Assembly: GCA_018062985.1 (NCBI GenBank)
Contig: JAGORE010000001.1
Span: forward strand, 12,661-76,660
Direction of reading: 5' to 3'
From: Rickettsiales bacterium
Lineage (GTDB): Bacteria; Pseudomonadota; Alphaproteobacteria; Rickettsiales; JABSSG01
Length of the DNA stretch: 64,000 nucleotides
The position numbers were made by a program, and so were the translations under genes. The notes under the pieces were generated by a model, which saw only the letters and a program-made list of their open reading frames with translations, had not been told where the DNA came from and made no database searches. Position 1 is the first letter of the stretch, and every line of letters begins with the position of its first letter. Positions 26,214 to 37,192 of this stretch are shown one piece after another.

Positions 26214-29200
26214 TTATCGTAATGGACGCCTAGATCCTGTAAGTATGCCCTTAAGGTGTTTTTCAGTTCTCTCGGTGAAAGCTATTTTTGTTGAGGTTTT
26301 CTTACTTTTCCGTAAGCCAGCTATAGAGTCTTTGGTTAGTACTGTGGCAGTTTCTATGCCTTTAACTTGATTTGGGAACTGCTTTTTTAGTTGATTAAGT
26401 GCATTTTCAGAAATGATTGCATTATCTATGTTTATTGTCGCTTTTTCATCGAGTTTTATATTTTCTAGATCTGTATTGACTAAGATAGCACCTTTAAAGT
26501 TTATATCGCCTTTAAAAGATGAGCCAGAGAAAACGGCATTTTCTAGATTAGCCTTTTCAAAATTAGCAGTCCCTTCAAATGTGCTGCTCAAAACAGTATA
26601 CTGGCATTGTGCTTGACTAAAATCGCAGTTGCGCATTGTACAATTTGTGATATACATCCCATAACACTCAGTTTCTCTAAACGATGTATCTACAAAACGT
26701 GATGATGTTAAGGATGCATAAGTCATATCAGATTTTGTTAAATCTAGGTTTGTTGCTTGGCATTCTGCCATTTCTGCATCTTGCATATATGCATATTTGA
26801 GATTGACGCCATTTAAAGAACAATGCTTTAGCTTTGCATGATCAAAGCTAGCACCTCTAAAATACCATTGTGATGTAATAGGATTTTCGTATCCTGTTAG
26901 TTGTGAGCCGTCAAAGTTAACATACTCAAGTTTGGATCCCCACATATCAAATTTTCTAGCTGTAACTTTAGTCCAATTTAATGGATTGTTTGCTGTTCCA
27001 ATTAATTGAGCATTACCAAAAGAACACGCATTAAATTGGGTATTAAGGTTAATTGATATGTCTGGGTCTTGAGTTTTTTTTGAGAAAGCAAGATCAAATT
27101 TTTTTTGATCAGGCTCATACCATAGTAAAGTTCCTAGCTGAACTTGCTCTGTCTTATTCATATCTGATATCACTTTTCTTATTATAGGTTCAGTAGTTTT
27201 CTCTAAGTGATAAAGATGTGTCATTAGATCCTTTATAACATTTGGATTACGAATCGTGTTTTGGAGGATATCTAATCTTTCAGTTGGTGATGCTACTAGG
27301 AGTTTTTCTATTTGTTCTTCAAGACCGTGTTGTTTTAAGATAGCTAAAGTTTGTCTGCCTGAATCTACAAGAGATCTTACTTCTTGTGTCGTGAGAGCGG
27401 TTTTGTGTTGTGATACTAAAATATTGTTTAGTTGTGTGGTTAAAAACTCTATTGTTTCAGGGTTTACTTTACTAAGTAAGTCTGAAGTTATCATGTGCTT
27501 TATAAACGGAGCGATTATTTTTAACCTAGTTTTTTCTGGACCATCAATTAGAGATCTTGTGTTTTGTATAATTTTGGTCTGTTCCAGCGCTTTATAAAAT
27601 TCTCGGCCCACTGCTATTACTTCTTTTGCGTGTGTAACATTAGGAAATAGCTTGGTTGTAGATAATGCCAGTAGGGGTAGATGTTCATTATTCAGAAATT
27701 CTGATAATATGCCTTTTCGCATGAGTTTTGAGACTAGTTCTTTATGGGCGCCATTTATATCTCTAGGATCTTTCCATGTTATCCAACCAATTTGATCCAT
27801 TACATACATCGAGTCTTTTAGCACTCTATTCATTTTTTGCGGATGAGTTATAGAAAAGAATGCTAGTTTACAAATTTGTAAGAAAGAGCGTGATGCTAAA
27901 GATGTTCCAAATTTTGTACCTTTTCCAAAAACATTTCTAAAATTAGGAAAAAGAAAACAAAGTGTTTTCTGAAAAATGGTACCAAAAACTGTTGGGGGGT
28001 TTTTTTCTTCTGATTCATATTCAACAGTATCTAGAAATGGTCCACAACCTATGTCTATTAGTAGCTCTCTCAGGGATTCAATGTGACGATCGGCAAAATA
28101 AGGTGTTGGTTGTTTAAATTCTATAACTTCTTTTTGAAATTTAAACTCAGGGGTGGTTTTTATTTGTTTTAATAACAATTCAACTTTTTTTTGTGGAGTG
28201 CCTTCAAATTTATCGTATTTCTTAGACAGAGTTTGTGTGTGTTCTTGTAAAATGCGTGTCAGAACATGCAATTCAGTTACAGACACTGTGTGTGCTAAAT
28301 AGAATCTGACTTCTTGTGTAAAAGGGTCCAAGCCTGATGCGTCTTGTTTAAGAGCCCGTTGATATTGTCTGTCAAATTCTGGAGTTTGTTTTATAATTGT
28401 ATCGATGTGTCTTAGGCTCTCTTCGAAGGGGAAGCCACTATTAATATTTTGGACATAGAGATCTAACATCCGATCATTATGCGCTAGTGTGTAAAGCATG
28501 AGATTCTGCTCTTGTGGTGTGAAAGCAGATAGTGCGCTATGACTGTTGTGTACAAAAGTATTATCAAAAGCTTGTTTTGTAGTGCGAATTTGTGTCTTTG
28601 ATTGAGATAATAATGTCCAACCTTTTTGACCTAAGCTTGATAGCTTTTTTCTAGTATCATTTTCGGTGCTAGTTAATGTTATAGTAGGTTTTAAAGAGGC
28701 TTTTTTGACAATCACACCAGGGATATTGGTATCATCTAATAATGTGCCGTGAATATTTGTATCAGTCATTCCAGTAACATTTGACATGTCTGAGTTACTT
28801 AGATCAAGAAAGGATAGTTCTGCAGCGGATAAGTCACCATGGATCTGCAAGCCAGCTAGGCTAATTATCTTTCCTTCTGCTTTCGCAACTCTTAATGAAG
28901 GTACCAATGTTTTAAAGCTTTGTGCATCTATAGTACAATTATTAAAACTCACACCATCTTCAAGGGAAACGAAGCTAAAGTCGCATTTGATAAAACAGGA
29001 ATTATCAGGTGGGAATCCTTTGAATAGCTTTGCATCGCGGAAAGTAAAACCAGATACATGTATATTTGGTTGTATTGTTTGAGCATCTAGAGAGAGATTA
29101 TCAAAATTGAGTTGATGCAGAGCAGATTCTATAGGGGTATCTAGAAGCATTCTGTGTTCCTGGCTCTTTTCTCTAAAAAGTTTACACAGATTGCTTAGAT

Positions 29201-29957
29201 CTTGTCTTGCGATGCCGTCTGGACCAACGATGCTTTTGTTTTGAGAAACAGGAAGATTTTTAATTGTTACAATCATGTTTTGTTGGTGAGAGGGAGAGTC
29301 TGTAGATAATGCTACTCTACCTAAAACATTTTTTACTGCTTCAGGATGTGCAGCTGCCATTTCTAGAAACTTCTCTGTTACTTCTCTAGAAGATTCATAT
29401 AAATTGCTACCTGGAGTAGTATTGGATGCATCTTGAATTAAAGTTGAAATAATGACGGTGCTTAGGTCGTTAATATTTATTATGTTTTTTAAGCAGCCTC
29501 TTTCTTGTAGAGATTTAACAACGTTAGGTAGAACACCTACAAAATTGTCAATAGTACGAGAGCCGAGACGGGAATCTCGAACATTGGCTGCAAGTGCGTG
29601 CTTCAAGGCGCAGGATACTAGTTCTTTATTGTTTTTAATGAATTGTGGTAGATCTGGATCGTTTGCAACTTCATTGATTAGCATCCTTCTTCCTTCTGCA
29701 GATAGTACTTGAAATGGGGTGGCTTGTTCTTTTTTTCCTCTAAGCCAATTTGTAGCTGAGCTGCCAATGGTCATAGCGCTACTTGCTATAACCCCCATCC
29801 CGGAGGATAGCAAATCTGTCCATGATGTAGCTTGCCACATTCGTTCATACTCATTACCATCTGTGCTGGTAGTAGCTTTTGTAAGAATGTTATCTAAAGT
29901 TTGAGTGGTAAGTTTTTGTGAAACTGTCATTAAATATGTAAGTGCTGGTCCTGGCAT
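26214..29957 (-). CDS. large pentapeptide-repeat protein (1247 aa); effector candidate
   Basis: Two pentapeptide-repeat tracts, e.g. NLDLTKSDMTYASLTSSRFVDTSFRETECYGMYITNCTMRNCDFSQAQCQ...ANLENAVFSGSSFKGDINFKGAILVNTDLENIKL. The rest is unrecognised. No signal peptide. Confidence 0.65.
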   Translation of the reverse strand: MPGPALTYLMTVSQKLTTQTLDNILTKATTSTDGNEYERMWQATSWTDLLSSGMGVIASSAMTIGSSATNWLRGKKEQATPFQVLSAEGRRMLINEVANDPDLPQFIKNNKELVSCALKHALAANVRDSRLGSRTIDNFVGVLPNVVKSLQERGCLKNIININDLSTVIISTLIQDASNTTPGSNLYESSREVTEKFLEMAAAHPEAVKNVLGRVALSTDSPSHQQNMIVTIKNLPVSQNKSIVGPDGIARQDLSNLCKLFREKSQEHRMLLDTPIESALHQLNFDNLSLDAQTIQPNIHVSGFTFRDAKLFKGFPPDNSCFIKCDFSFVSLEDGVSFNNCTIDAQSFKTLVPSLRVAKAEGKIISLAGLQIHGDLSAAELSFLDLSNSDMSNVTGMTDTNIHGTLLDDTNIPGVIVKKASLKPTITLTSTENDTRKKLSSLGQKGWTLLSQSKTQIRTTKQAFDNTFVHNSHSALSAFTPQEQNLMLYTLAHNDRMLDLYVQNINSGFPFEESLRHIDTIIKQTPEFDRQYQRALKQDASGLDPFTQEVRFYLAHTVSVTELHVLTRILQEHTQTLSKKYDKFEGTPQKKVELLLKQIKTTPEFKFQKEVIEFKQPTPYFADRHIESLRELLIDIGCGPFLDTVEYESEEKNPPTVFGTIFQKTLCFLFPNFRNVFGKGTKFGTSLASRSFLQICKLAFFSITHPQKMNRVLKDSMYVMDQIGWITWKDPRDINGAHKELVSKLMRKGILSEFLNNEHLPLLALSTTKLFPNVTHAKEVIAVGREFYKALEQTKIIQNTRSLIDGPEKTRLKIIAPFIKHMITSDLLSKVNPETIEFLTTQLNNILVSQHKTALTTQEVRSLVDSGRQTLAILKQHGLEEQIEKLLVASPTERLDILQNTIRNPNVIKDLMTHLYHLEKTTEPIIRKVISDMNKTEQVQLGTLLWYEPDQKKFDLAFSKKTQDPDISINLNTQFNACSFGNAQLIGTANNPLNWTKVTARKFDMWGSKLEYVNFDGSQLTGYENPITSQWYFRGASFDHAKLKHCSLNGVNLKYAYMQDAEMAECQATNLDLTKSDMTYASLTSSRFVDTSFRETECYGMYITNCTMRNCDFSQAQCQYTVLSSTFEGTANFEKANLENAVFSGSSFKGDINFKGAILVNTDLENIKLDEKATINIDNAIISENALNQLKKQFPNQVKGIETATVLTKDSIAGLRKSKKTSTKIAFTERTEKHLKGILTGSRRPLR

Positions 29958-30054
29958 GTTTTTATGTCAATAATCTCAATATTTTTCAAAATATACAGTT
30001 GAAATGTTAAATAAAGATTAAAAATGTAACTGTGCAGTTCGTTTTTAGTGGTCG

Positions 30055-30131
30055 TGGTGCACTCGAGGCGATTCGAACGCCTGACCTTTGCCTCCGGAGA
30101 GCAACGCTCTATCCAACTGAGCTACGAGTGC
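30055..30131 (-). tRNA. tRNA-Arg (anticodon CCG)
   Basis: The reverse complement folds as a cloverleaf. Acceptor GCACTCG/CGAGTGC, anticodon loop CTCCGGA, T-loop GTTCGAATC, encoded CCA. Confidence 0.9.
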
Positions 30132-30604
30132 TACTTAAAAGAAACTCCTAGAATTTCTAGTTCTTTGACTCCTGTAGGTGTGTTTACTTCTACAGTGTCG
30201 CCAATTGATTTACCAATTAGAGATTTTGCGATAGGAGAGCTAATGGATATTTGTTTATTTTTTATATCAGCTTCGTAATCTCCCACGATTTTATAATGAC
30301 TTTCTATTTCGGTATCTAGGTCTAACACTTGAACAGTGGCACCAAATTTTACGGTTGTTCCTGATAGTGATGGTACATCTATTACTTCAGAACGTGCGAT
30401 TATATCTTCTAATTGTAAAATTCTACCCTCAATAAAGCTTTGTTTTTCTCTAGCGCTTTGGTATTCAGCATTTTCTGATAAGTCACCAAGAGCTCTTGCT
30501 TCAGCAATGGCTTTGATGATGTTTGGTCTATCAACAGTTTTAAGGTGCTTTAACTCCGTAGAAATCTTAATAAAACCTTCGTTTGTAATTGGAGATTTGT
30601 TCAT
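30131..30604 (-). CDS. greA: transcription elongation factor GreA
   Basis: 157 aa. ARALGDLSENAEYQSAREKQ signature. Confidence 0.9.
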   Translation of the reverse strand: MNKSPITNEGFIKISTELKHLKTVDRPNIIKAIAEARALGDLSENAEYQSAREKQSFIEGRILQLEDIIARSEVIDVPSLSGTTVKFGATVQVLDLDTEIESHYKIVGDYEADIKNKQISISSPIAKSLIGKSIGDTVEVNTPTGVKELEILGVSFK

Positions 30605-30707
30605 TGTTAACTCTTTTATATTGATTGTTTAGAAAATAGACTCTAGATTTAGAATGTATACTTAGAGTATATAATATAATCAGAAAAAATAAAAATACAA
30701 TTAATTT

Positions 30708-32495
30708 ATGAATTTTGCTTCCGATTTTACCCAAAGATTAAAGGATTTGATATCGATTTCTAGTGTCATCTCAAGAAAGGTAAAGTTGCAGAAGCATGGT
30801 AAGGATTTTTTTGGAGTCTGCCCTTTTCATCGAGAAAAAACAGGATCTTTTTCTGTGAATGATGAAAAAAAATTCTATCATTGTTTTGGTTGTGGAGCCC
30901 ATGGTGATATTTTTAAATTTGTACAAGATACAGAAAATGTTTCTTTTGGTGAGGCTGTACAGATTTTAGCTAAAGCAAATAATATTGCTATTCCAGAAAG
31001 TAATCAAGAAAACAAAAAAACTTCTGAAGTCTTTGAAATTAATACAAAAGCATTAGAGTTTTTTCGTCGATCATTATTCTCTTCTAGCGGTGAGAAAGCA
31101 TTAAATTATTTAATTAACAGAGGAATTACAACACACTTAATAGAAGAGTTTTGTATTGGATACGCGCCTTCTGTCGCCCACAAAGATTCTCTCGTACAAC
31201 AATTATTAAAACTAGGATATTTGGAGGAGCATCTTAACGACGCTGGATTAGTCAAAATCTCTGCAGAAGGAAAAGTAATTGATAAGTTCCGAGATAGAAT
31301 TATTTTCCCTATTCGTAATAGGTTTGGCGCAGTCATTGCTTTTGGCGGTCGGGCAATCTCTGCTGAAGTGAAGCCTAAATATCTTAATTCTCCTGAAACG
31401 GAAATTTTTAAGAAACACTCTACCCTTTACCTAGAAGACAAGCTTTTTAAAAGCAGAACTCTACAAGAGGTGTTTGTTGTTGAAGGTTATACGGATGCTA
31501 TTTCCATGTCAAAAGTTGGAGTGCCTAATGTCGTAGCAACTTTAGGTACTGCTATTTCTGATAATCATATAAAAAAATTGTGGCAAGTAGTAAAAGAGCC
31601 AACCATTTGTATGGACGGGGATGTGGCAGGTAATAAGGCAGCTGAAAGAGCGATTTATATTGTTTTGCCATTGTTACGGCCAGGTTATTCAATAAACTTT
31701 GTATCTCTAAAATCTGGCTATGACCCTGATGATATGATTACAAATTTTGGGGTTGAACAATTCAAAACACTATTGCAACAAAAAACATCACTCTCCGAGA
31801 TGATTTGGCAAGTATTTTTATTCAAAGCAGACTTAAAAACCCCAGAAAAGCAAGCTCTTTTAAAAAGTGAGTTGTACGCTCTAATTGACAATATCGAAGA
31901 TCTGACCGTGCGCGATATGTATAGAAAATATTTTAATAAAAAAATATTTGAGTTGTTTTCCTATAATTCAAGAAAGGTTTTACAAGTTAATACAGACGAT
32001 AATAAAGTCGAATCAATGATTAAAAACAAGTTGTCATTGCTTCAAAGATTTGAAATTACAATGGCGGCTTTGGTGATAGAGCAAGCTACAATCTTAAAAG
32101 ATAATCTCGTATTAGAAAGTTTTGTATCTATTGAACCCACAGTTCCATTTCTAAACAATGTTTATAAAGATATTTTAGAGATATTTAATGAGCGCTTAGA
32201 ACAAGAAGATTCTAGGTTTAACGATATATTCAAAGAGAAGATTCAGTTAGTTGTAAAACCACAGCTATATAATTATTTGTGTGGCAAACAATCATACTTT
32301 GTTGATAAAGTTGTTTTAAATGATTATAATCACGCCGTTTCTTTGTTTAATAAGACTTTTGAGTTATATAAACTAGAGTTATTAAAAGAAGACTATATAA
32401 AATCTATAAAATGTTTGGATGAGGCTTCGTTGGAAAGGGCAAAGTTGTTGCGTGAACAACTGATAGCACAAGAGAAACTATTAAAAGATATGTGA
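30708..32495 (+). CDS. dnaG: DNA primase DnaG
   Basis: Zinc-finger CPFHREKTGSFSV...YHCFGCGAHGD and Toprim EGYTDAIS. Upstream of rpoD. Confidence 0.9.
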   Translation: MNFASDFTQRLKDLISISSVISRKVKLQKHGKDFFGVCPFHREKTGSFSVNDEKKFYHCFGCGAHGDIFKFVQDTENVSFGEAVQILAKANNIAIPESNQENKKTSEVFEINTKALEFFRRSLFSSSGEKALNYLINRGITTHLIEEFCIGYAPSVAHKDSLVQQLLKLGYLEEHLNDAGLVKISAEGKVIDKFRDRIIFPIRNRFGAVIAFGGRAISAEVKPKYLNSPETEIFKKHSTLYLEDKLFKSRTLQEVFVVEGYTDAISMSKVGVPNVVATLGTAISDNHIKKLWQVVKEPTICMDGDVAGNKAAERAIYIVLPLLRPGYSINFVSLKSGYDPDDMITNFGVEQFKTLLQQKTSLSEMIWQVFLFKADLKTPEKQALLKSELYALIDNIEDLTVRDMYRKYFNKKIFELFSYNSRKVLQVNTDDNKVESMIKNKLSLLQRFEITMAALVIEQATILKDNLVLESFVSIEPTVPFLNNVYKDILEIFNERLEQEDSRFNDIFKEKIQLVVKPQLYNYLCGKQSYFVDKVVLNDYNHAVSLFNKTFELYKLELLKEDYIKSIKCLDEASLERAKLLREQLIAQEKLLKDM

Positions 32496-32518
32496 ATGAT
32501 TAAAGGAGATAATAGGTA

Positions 32519-34450
32519 ATGTCAAAATCGAAAGATAAAAAAGTAGATACAGAGAATAAGTCTCAGTATAGCACCAACTCTATTGATGTTTTGGTAAAAA
32601 AATTAATAGGTTATGGTCGTAATAAAGGTTTTTTGAATATAGAAGAAATTAACAAATTATTTCCTTCAGACGTTGTTGCGCCAGAAGTTATTGAAAAAGT
32701 TGTGAACAAGCTTGAAAATGCAGGGATTACGGTTTTAGGCAGCAATATGGATGGTTCAGCTGAAGAAGAAGAAAGTTTTGTAACGTTAGATGACGATTTT
32801 GATGAGAAAGAAAAAGAACAAGAAATAGAGGTTACTACTACAGATGATCCGGTAAGGATGTATCTCAAAGACATGGGGGGCGTTAACCTTTTGTCTAGAA
32901 GTGGAGAAGTAAGTATAGCTAAAAGAATTGAAGAAGGTAAAGAAAAAACTCTATTTTCACTATGTAAAATACCTATAGCAATGCGTAGCTTTATTCAATG
33001 GTATGATGAGTTAGCTAGCGAAAGGTTGTTATTGCGAGATGTCATAGATCTAGAGGCGTATACTAGCGATGGGCAGTTTGAGGAAGGAATGAGTAAAAAT
33101 GATTCTAGCGAAGATATAGTAGATGACACTCTAACTTCTGATGATTCAGATGAGTCGGTCGAGAGTAGTTCTGAATCAGAAGATTCAGAAGATAAAGATG
33201 GTTATACTAATAAATCTATTGCAGCGCTAGAAGCTGAGTTGTTTCCACAAGTTATGGATAAGCTTTTAGAGGTATCAAAAATTTGCAATCAGCTTCTTGA
33301 TATATATGAAGTTGGTGTTGATAAGCAAAATGAACAAGATAATCTGCTTAAAGATTTAATAAACAAAATAAGAGATTTAAGAGTTAGTGAAAAAGGTACT
33401 GATTCAATTATAGATATTTTGTATGGATATCATCGCAAGATAATTAATTTAGAGTCTCAGTTTTTAAAGTTGGCTGAGAAAAAAGGCATTGAGCGTAAGG
33501 AGTTTATAAAAAGATTTGTAGGGCACACTCTTGATAGTCAATGGCTAGACGGAATGAAAGCATTAAATAATGTTGGTTGGAATAAATTTCTTAGTGAAAA
33601 TAAAGATGAAGTTAAGATAATAGAAGAATCTATATTAGATATTGAAGATGAAGTAAGTCTTCCTATTGCTGATTTTAAGAAGTTTACCTTAGAAGTACAG
33701 AAAAATGAAAGAGCGACTAATAGAGCTAAGAAAGAAATGATTGAGGCTAACTTAAGGTTAGTAATTTCTATAGCAAAGAAATATTCTAATAGAGGTTTGC
33801 AATTTCTTGATTTAATCCAAGAAGGAAATATAGGCTTGATGAAAGCTGTAGATAAATTTGAATATAGAAGAGGGTATAAATTTTCTACTTACGCCACATG
33901 GTGGATTAGACAGGCTATTACAAGGTCTATTGCAGATCAAGCTCGTACCATTAGAATCCCAGTTCATATGATTGAAACAATTAATAAAATTATTCGTACA
34001 TCTCGTCAGATGTTCTATGAATTAGGTTATGAACCAACCCCAGTTGAAATAGCAGAAAGGCTAGGAGCTCCTGTAGAAAAAGTAAAAAAAGTGCTAAAGA
34101 TTGCTAAAGAACCAATAAGCCTAGAAAGTCCAATAGGAAGTGAAGATGATGGAAGTGTCATAGGTGATTTTATTGAGGATAAAGGAAGTGAATCTCCTAT
34201 TGATGCAGCTGTTCATTCAAATTTACGTGATGTTACTACGAGAATGCTGTCAAGTTTAACACCAAGAGAAGAGCGTGTTTTAAGGATGCGTTTTGGTATA
34301 GGCATGAATACTGATCATACCTTGGAAGAAGTGGGGCAACAGTTTTCTGTGACAAGAGAGCGTATTAGACAAATTGAAGCAAAGGCATTGCGTAAATTGA
34401 AACATCCGAGTAGATCAAAGATGTTGCGTAGTTTTTTAAATATGGTTTAG
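32519..34450 (+). CDS. rpoD: RNA polymerase sigma factor RpoD (sigma-70)
   Basis: Regions 2-4 conserved ([65 protein letters not shown]). Acidic region 1 spacer. Confidence 0.95.
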   Translation: MSKSKDKKVDTENKSQYSTNSIDVLVKKLIGYGRNKGFLNIEEINKLFPSDVVAPEVIEKVVNKLENAGITVLGSNMDGSAEEEESFVTLDDDFDEKEKEQEIEVTTTDDPVRMYLKDMGGVNLLSRSGEVSIAKRIEEGKEKTLFSLCKIPIAMRSFIQWYDELASERLLLRDVIDLEAYTSDGQFEEGMSKNDSSEDIVDDTLTSDDSDESVESSSESEDSEDKDGYTNKSIAALEAELFPQVMDKLLEVSKICNQLLDIYEVGVDKQNEQDNLLKDLINKIRDLRVSEKGTDSIIDILYGYHRKIINLESQFLKLAEKKGIERKEFIKRFVGHTLDSQWLDGMKALNNVGWNKFLSENKDEVKIIEESILDIEDEVSLPIADFKKFTLEVQKNERATNRAKKEMIEANLRLVISIAKKYSNRGLQFLDLIQEGNIGLMKAVDKFEYRRGYKFSTYATWWIRQAITRSIADQARTIRIPVHMIETINKIIRTSRQMFYELGYEPTPVEIAERLGAPVEKVKKVLKIAKEPISLESPIGSEDDGSVIGDFIEDKGSESPIDAAVHSNLRDVTTRMLSSLTPREERVLRMRFGIGMNTDHTLEEVGQQFSVTRERIRQIEAKALRKLKHPSRSKMLRSFLNMV

Positions 34451-34481
34451 ACTGGTAATAAATAGTGCATTTTCTTTATTG

Positions 34482-36141
34482 TTATATTCTCTGATGTTTC
34501 CATAGATTTTGGTAAATGCCGTTTTTTATTTTCATTAATTGGAAGTGATTGCCTTCTTCAATGATCTGTCCTTGATCCAGGACAATAATTCTATCCATGT
34601 CTTTTATTGTTGACAGCCTGTGCGCTATAGCAATCATTGTTTTGTTTTTATCTTTTAACAGGATTTCAATACCTTCCTGGATTAATTTCTCTGTTTTACT
34701 ATCTAAGGATGAGGTAGCTTCGTCTAGTATTAATATGGGTGCGTCTTTTAGCATTGCTCTAGCTATCGCAATTCTTTGTCTTTGTCCTCCTGATATTTTT
34801 AATCCTCTCTCTCCGACAGGGGTGTTATATCCGTGTGGGAGTGTCAAGATATAGTCATGAATATGCGCTTTTTTTGCTGCCTCCATTACTTCATCATCTG
34901 TAGCTGTGGGTTTGCTATAGCGTATGTTTTCCATAATGCTGTCATGGAATAGCATAATATCTTGTGGTATCATAGCTATGTTGTGTCTGAGAGAATCTTG
35001 GGTTACATTTTCAATTGATTGATTATCAATCAATATAGAGCCTGCTGATGGATGGAAGTATTTTAACAGTAAGTTTACCAATGAAGATTTGCCAGCGCCA
35101 GAATGTCCAACAATACCAACTTTCTCCCCGGAAGCAATCTTGATATTGAGATTCTCAAATATCAAATTGTGGTTATAATAAAAATAAATATTTTGATATT
35201 CTATAGAAGGGGTTTTTACCTCTAGAGTTATAGCTTTAGTTTTATCTCGTAATTCATGCGGCTTATTTATTATATCAAGAGATGCTTGTGCTTCACCCAT
35301 GTATGAAAAAATTCTTGTAATTTTGTGACTAAATGCCAGAGATCATGGCCAACTGCGAGTATTGTAGCAAAAATGTAGGCAAAATCTCCAATAGAAATAA
35401 TATTTTGTTTTTTAAAGTGAATAAGAATAAACAGTAGAGAGATAAGCATTCCTAGATAGCATATGCTTCCGACAACTTGTATTTATACTCTCTTATTTCT
35501 TTTGGTATTAAATCTACATCAATTTGTTTTGCTAAAGATTGGCTTGCTGTTTTACGACCTGTAAATAACATAATGGAGCTGATATTCGCAATTTTATCAG
35601 AGACTGAACCGACTAATCGGTGTTTTGATTGGCTTAGAGTGTCAGATATTTTGATCAACTTACCAGATAGCAGATATATTATCGTAAATAGCATTATACT
35701 CCAAATGCTCATAAAGTAGCCAATATCTATATTTATTAGAAAAAGTGAGGCAATTCCTACTATTGTATTTAAAAAATTAATAAGAAAGCCATGATGAAGT
35801 TCTGACCAGAATTTATTATAGCCTTCAACAATTTTTGTAATTTTATTAGTTAAACTACCAGTAAAATTGTTCTGAAAAAAATTATAGGAATGGTGTTGTG
35901 TGTAGTCGTATGTTCTAATTAACAAATCTTTACGTACGTAAGGTTCTGATCTCCATTCAGCTAAGTTGCTTAATCTCCACGAGACATCCATCAAGATTTG
36001 TGCAGAGATAAATGCAAGAATAGGATGTAAAAGCTCAATATAAGATACTTGATTGTTTTGCGCCATCACATCTATTATTATTTTCATAGAGAAATTAGTG
36101 AGTGGCGCATAAAAAGCAGTGACAATTGGTGCTAATAACAT
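34482..36141 (-). pseudogene. ABC exporter (fused TMD-NBD, MsbA/ABCB-like) broken by two frameshifts
   Basis: TMD fragment 35452-36141 and NBD fragment 34482-35300 (Walker A GHSGAGKSS, LSGGQRQR, Walker B ILILDEATS). The bridging piece LGMLISLLFILIHFKKQNIISIGDFAYIFATILAVGHDLWHLVTKLQEFF is readable only in the third frame between about 35310 and 35455. Confidence 0.65.
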
Positions 36142-36281
36142 TATGCAATACCACCACTTATATGGCTTTATAGAAATCTAAAAGTATTTAAATATAGACA
36201 TAGGATATTCATATTTTATAGACTATGCGTAGTTATAATCTTATATTATCTTAGAAGTTTTAGCAACAGACTGGTTTTACA

Positions 36282-37022
36282 ATGAAATTTATTATAAAAA
36301 CTTTTATTACGGTATATATAGGTTTGCTGGTATCAAATTTATCTAGTGCCGTATGTCATCCGGAAATAGACCTTCAAAAAAAGCAATATATAATTGGTTA
36401 TGGTAGTTTAATCAGTGAAAAATCTAAGAGATTTACTACTCCTGGCGTAAGTAATAATTTTCCTGTGGAAATTACGGGATTTAGAAGAGGGTGGTTTCAT
36501 GTTATTGGCACAGAAATATTTCTTGGCACTGTAGAAGATCCTAAAAATGGCCTCAATGCCGTGATATTTTCTTTAGATAAACCAGAGCAAGTCAAGGCAT
36601 TTGATGAGCGCGAGATAAACTATTGTCGTAAAAATGTACCCGAATCTAAGATAAAAACTTTAACACAAGATAAAATAGATGGTGAAGTTTGGATTTATGT
36701 AACTAAATCTCCAGAGTATCTATATGGAGATGATCGTGGTGCTTCTATACACGCATCTTATCTGTACACATTCTTATCTGGCTGTTTGGATATACAAAAA
36801 CATTTTAATTTAGACAGTTTCTTAGCAAATTGTATGACGTTCACATACGGAGCAATTCCTCAGATAACATACGATGTTGATCGTGATGATAAGATAAGAA
36901 AAGGTAGAGTCATACCAATAGATAGTGATATGAAAGTAATTAATAATCATATTTGTTCGGATAGGAAGTTATTGTCTTATCTCAAGAAAGACTTATTTTT
37001 GTATAAAAAAATCTGTGAATAA
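36282..37022 (+). CDS. secreted gamma-glutamylcyclotransferase/ChaC-like protein (tentative)
   Basis: Signal peptide. IIGYGSLIS...GFRRGW...LNAVIFSL...FDEREINY resembles the GGCT/ChaC pattern. Confidence 0.4.
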   Translation: MKFIIKTFITVYIGLLVSNLSSAVCHPEIDLQKKQYIIGYGSLISEKSKRFTTPGVSNNFPVEITGFRRGWFHVIGTEIFLGTVEDPKNGLNAVIFSLDKPEQVKAFDEREINYCRKNVPESKIKTLTQDKIDGEVWIYVTKSPEYLYGDDRGASIHASYLYTFLSGCLDIQKHFNLDSFLANCMTFTYGAIPQITYDVDRDDKIRKGRVIPIDSDMKVINNHICSDRKLLSYLKKDLFLYKKICE

Positions 37023-37192
37023 CTATCTTTAGTTTAACTAGAAGTTTAAATACGTAAATCTTTTAGTTTATTTTTTGTAATATTAGTATATGATGTAGGA
37101 TTCAACGTAAACTTGCTTCTTATAGTTTTACTCAATATTTAATATGTTGTAGAAATGAAGGAGTAAAACTTATTGTATTAAGGAGATGTTAT

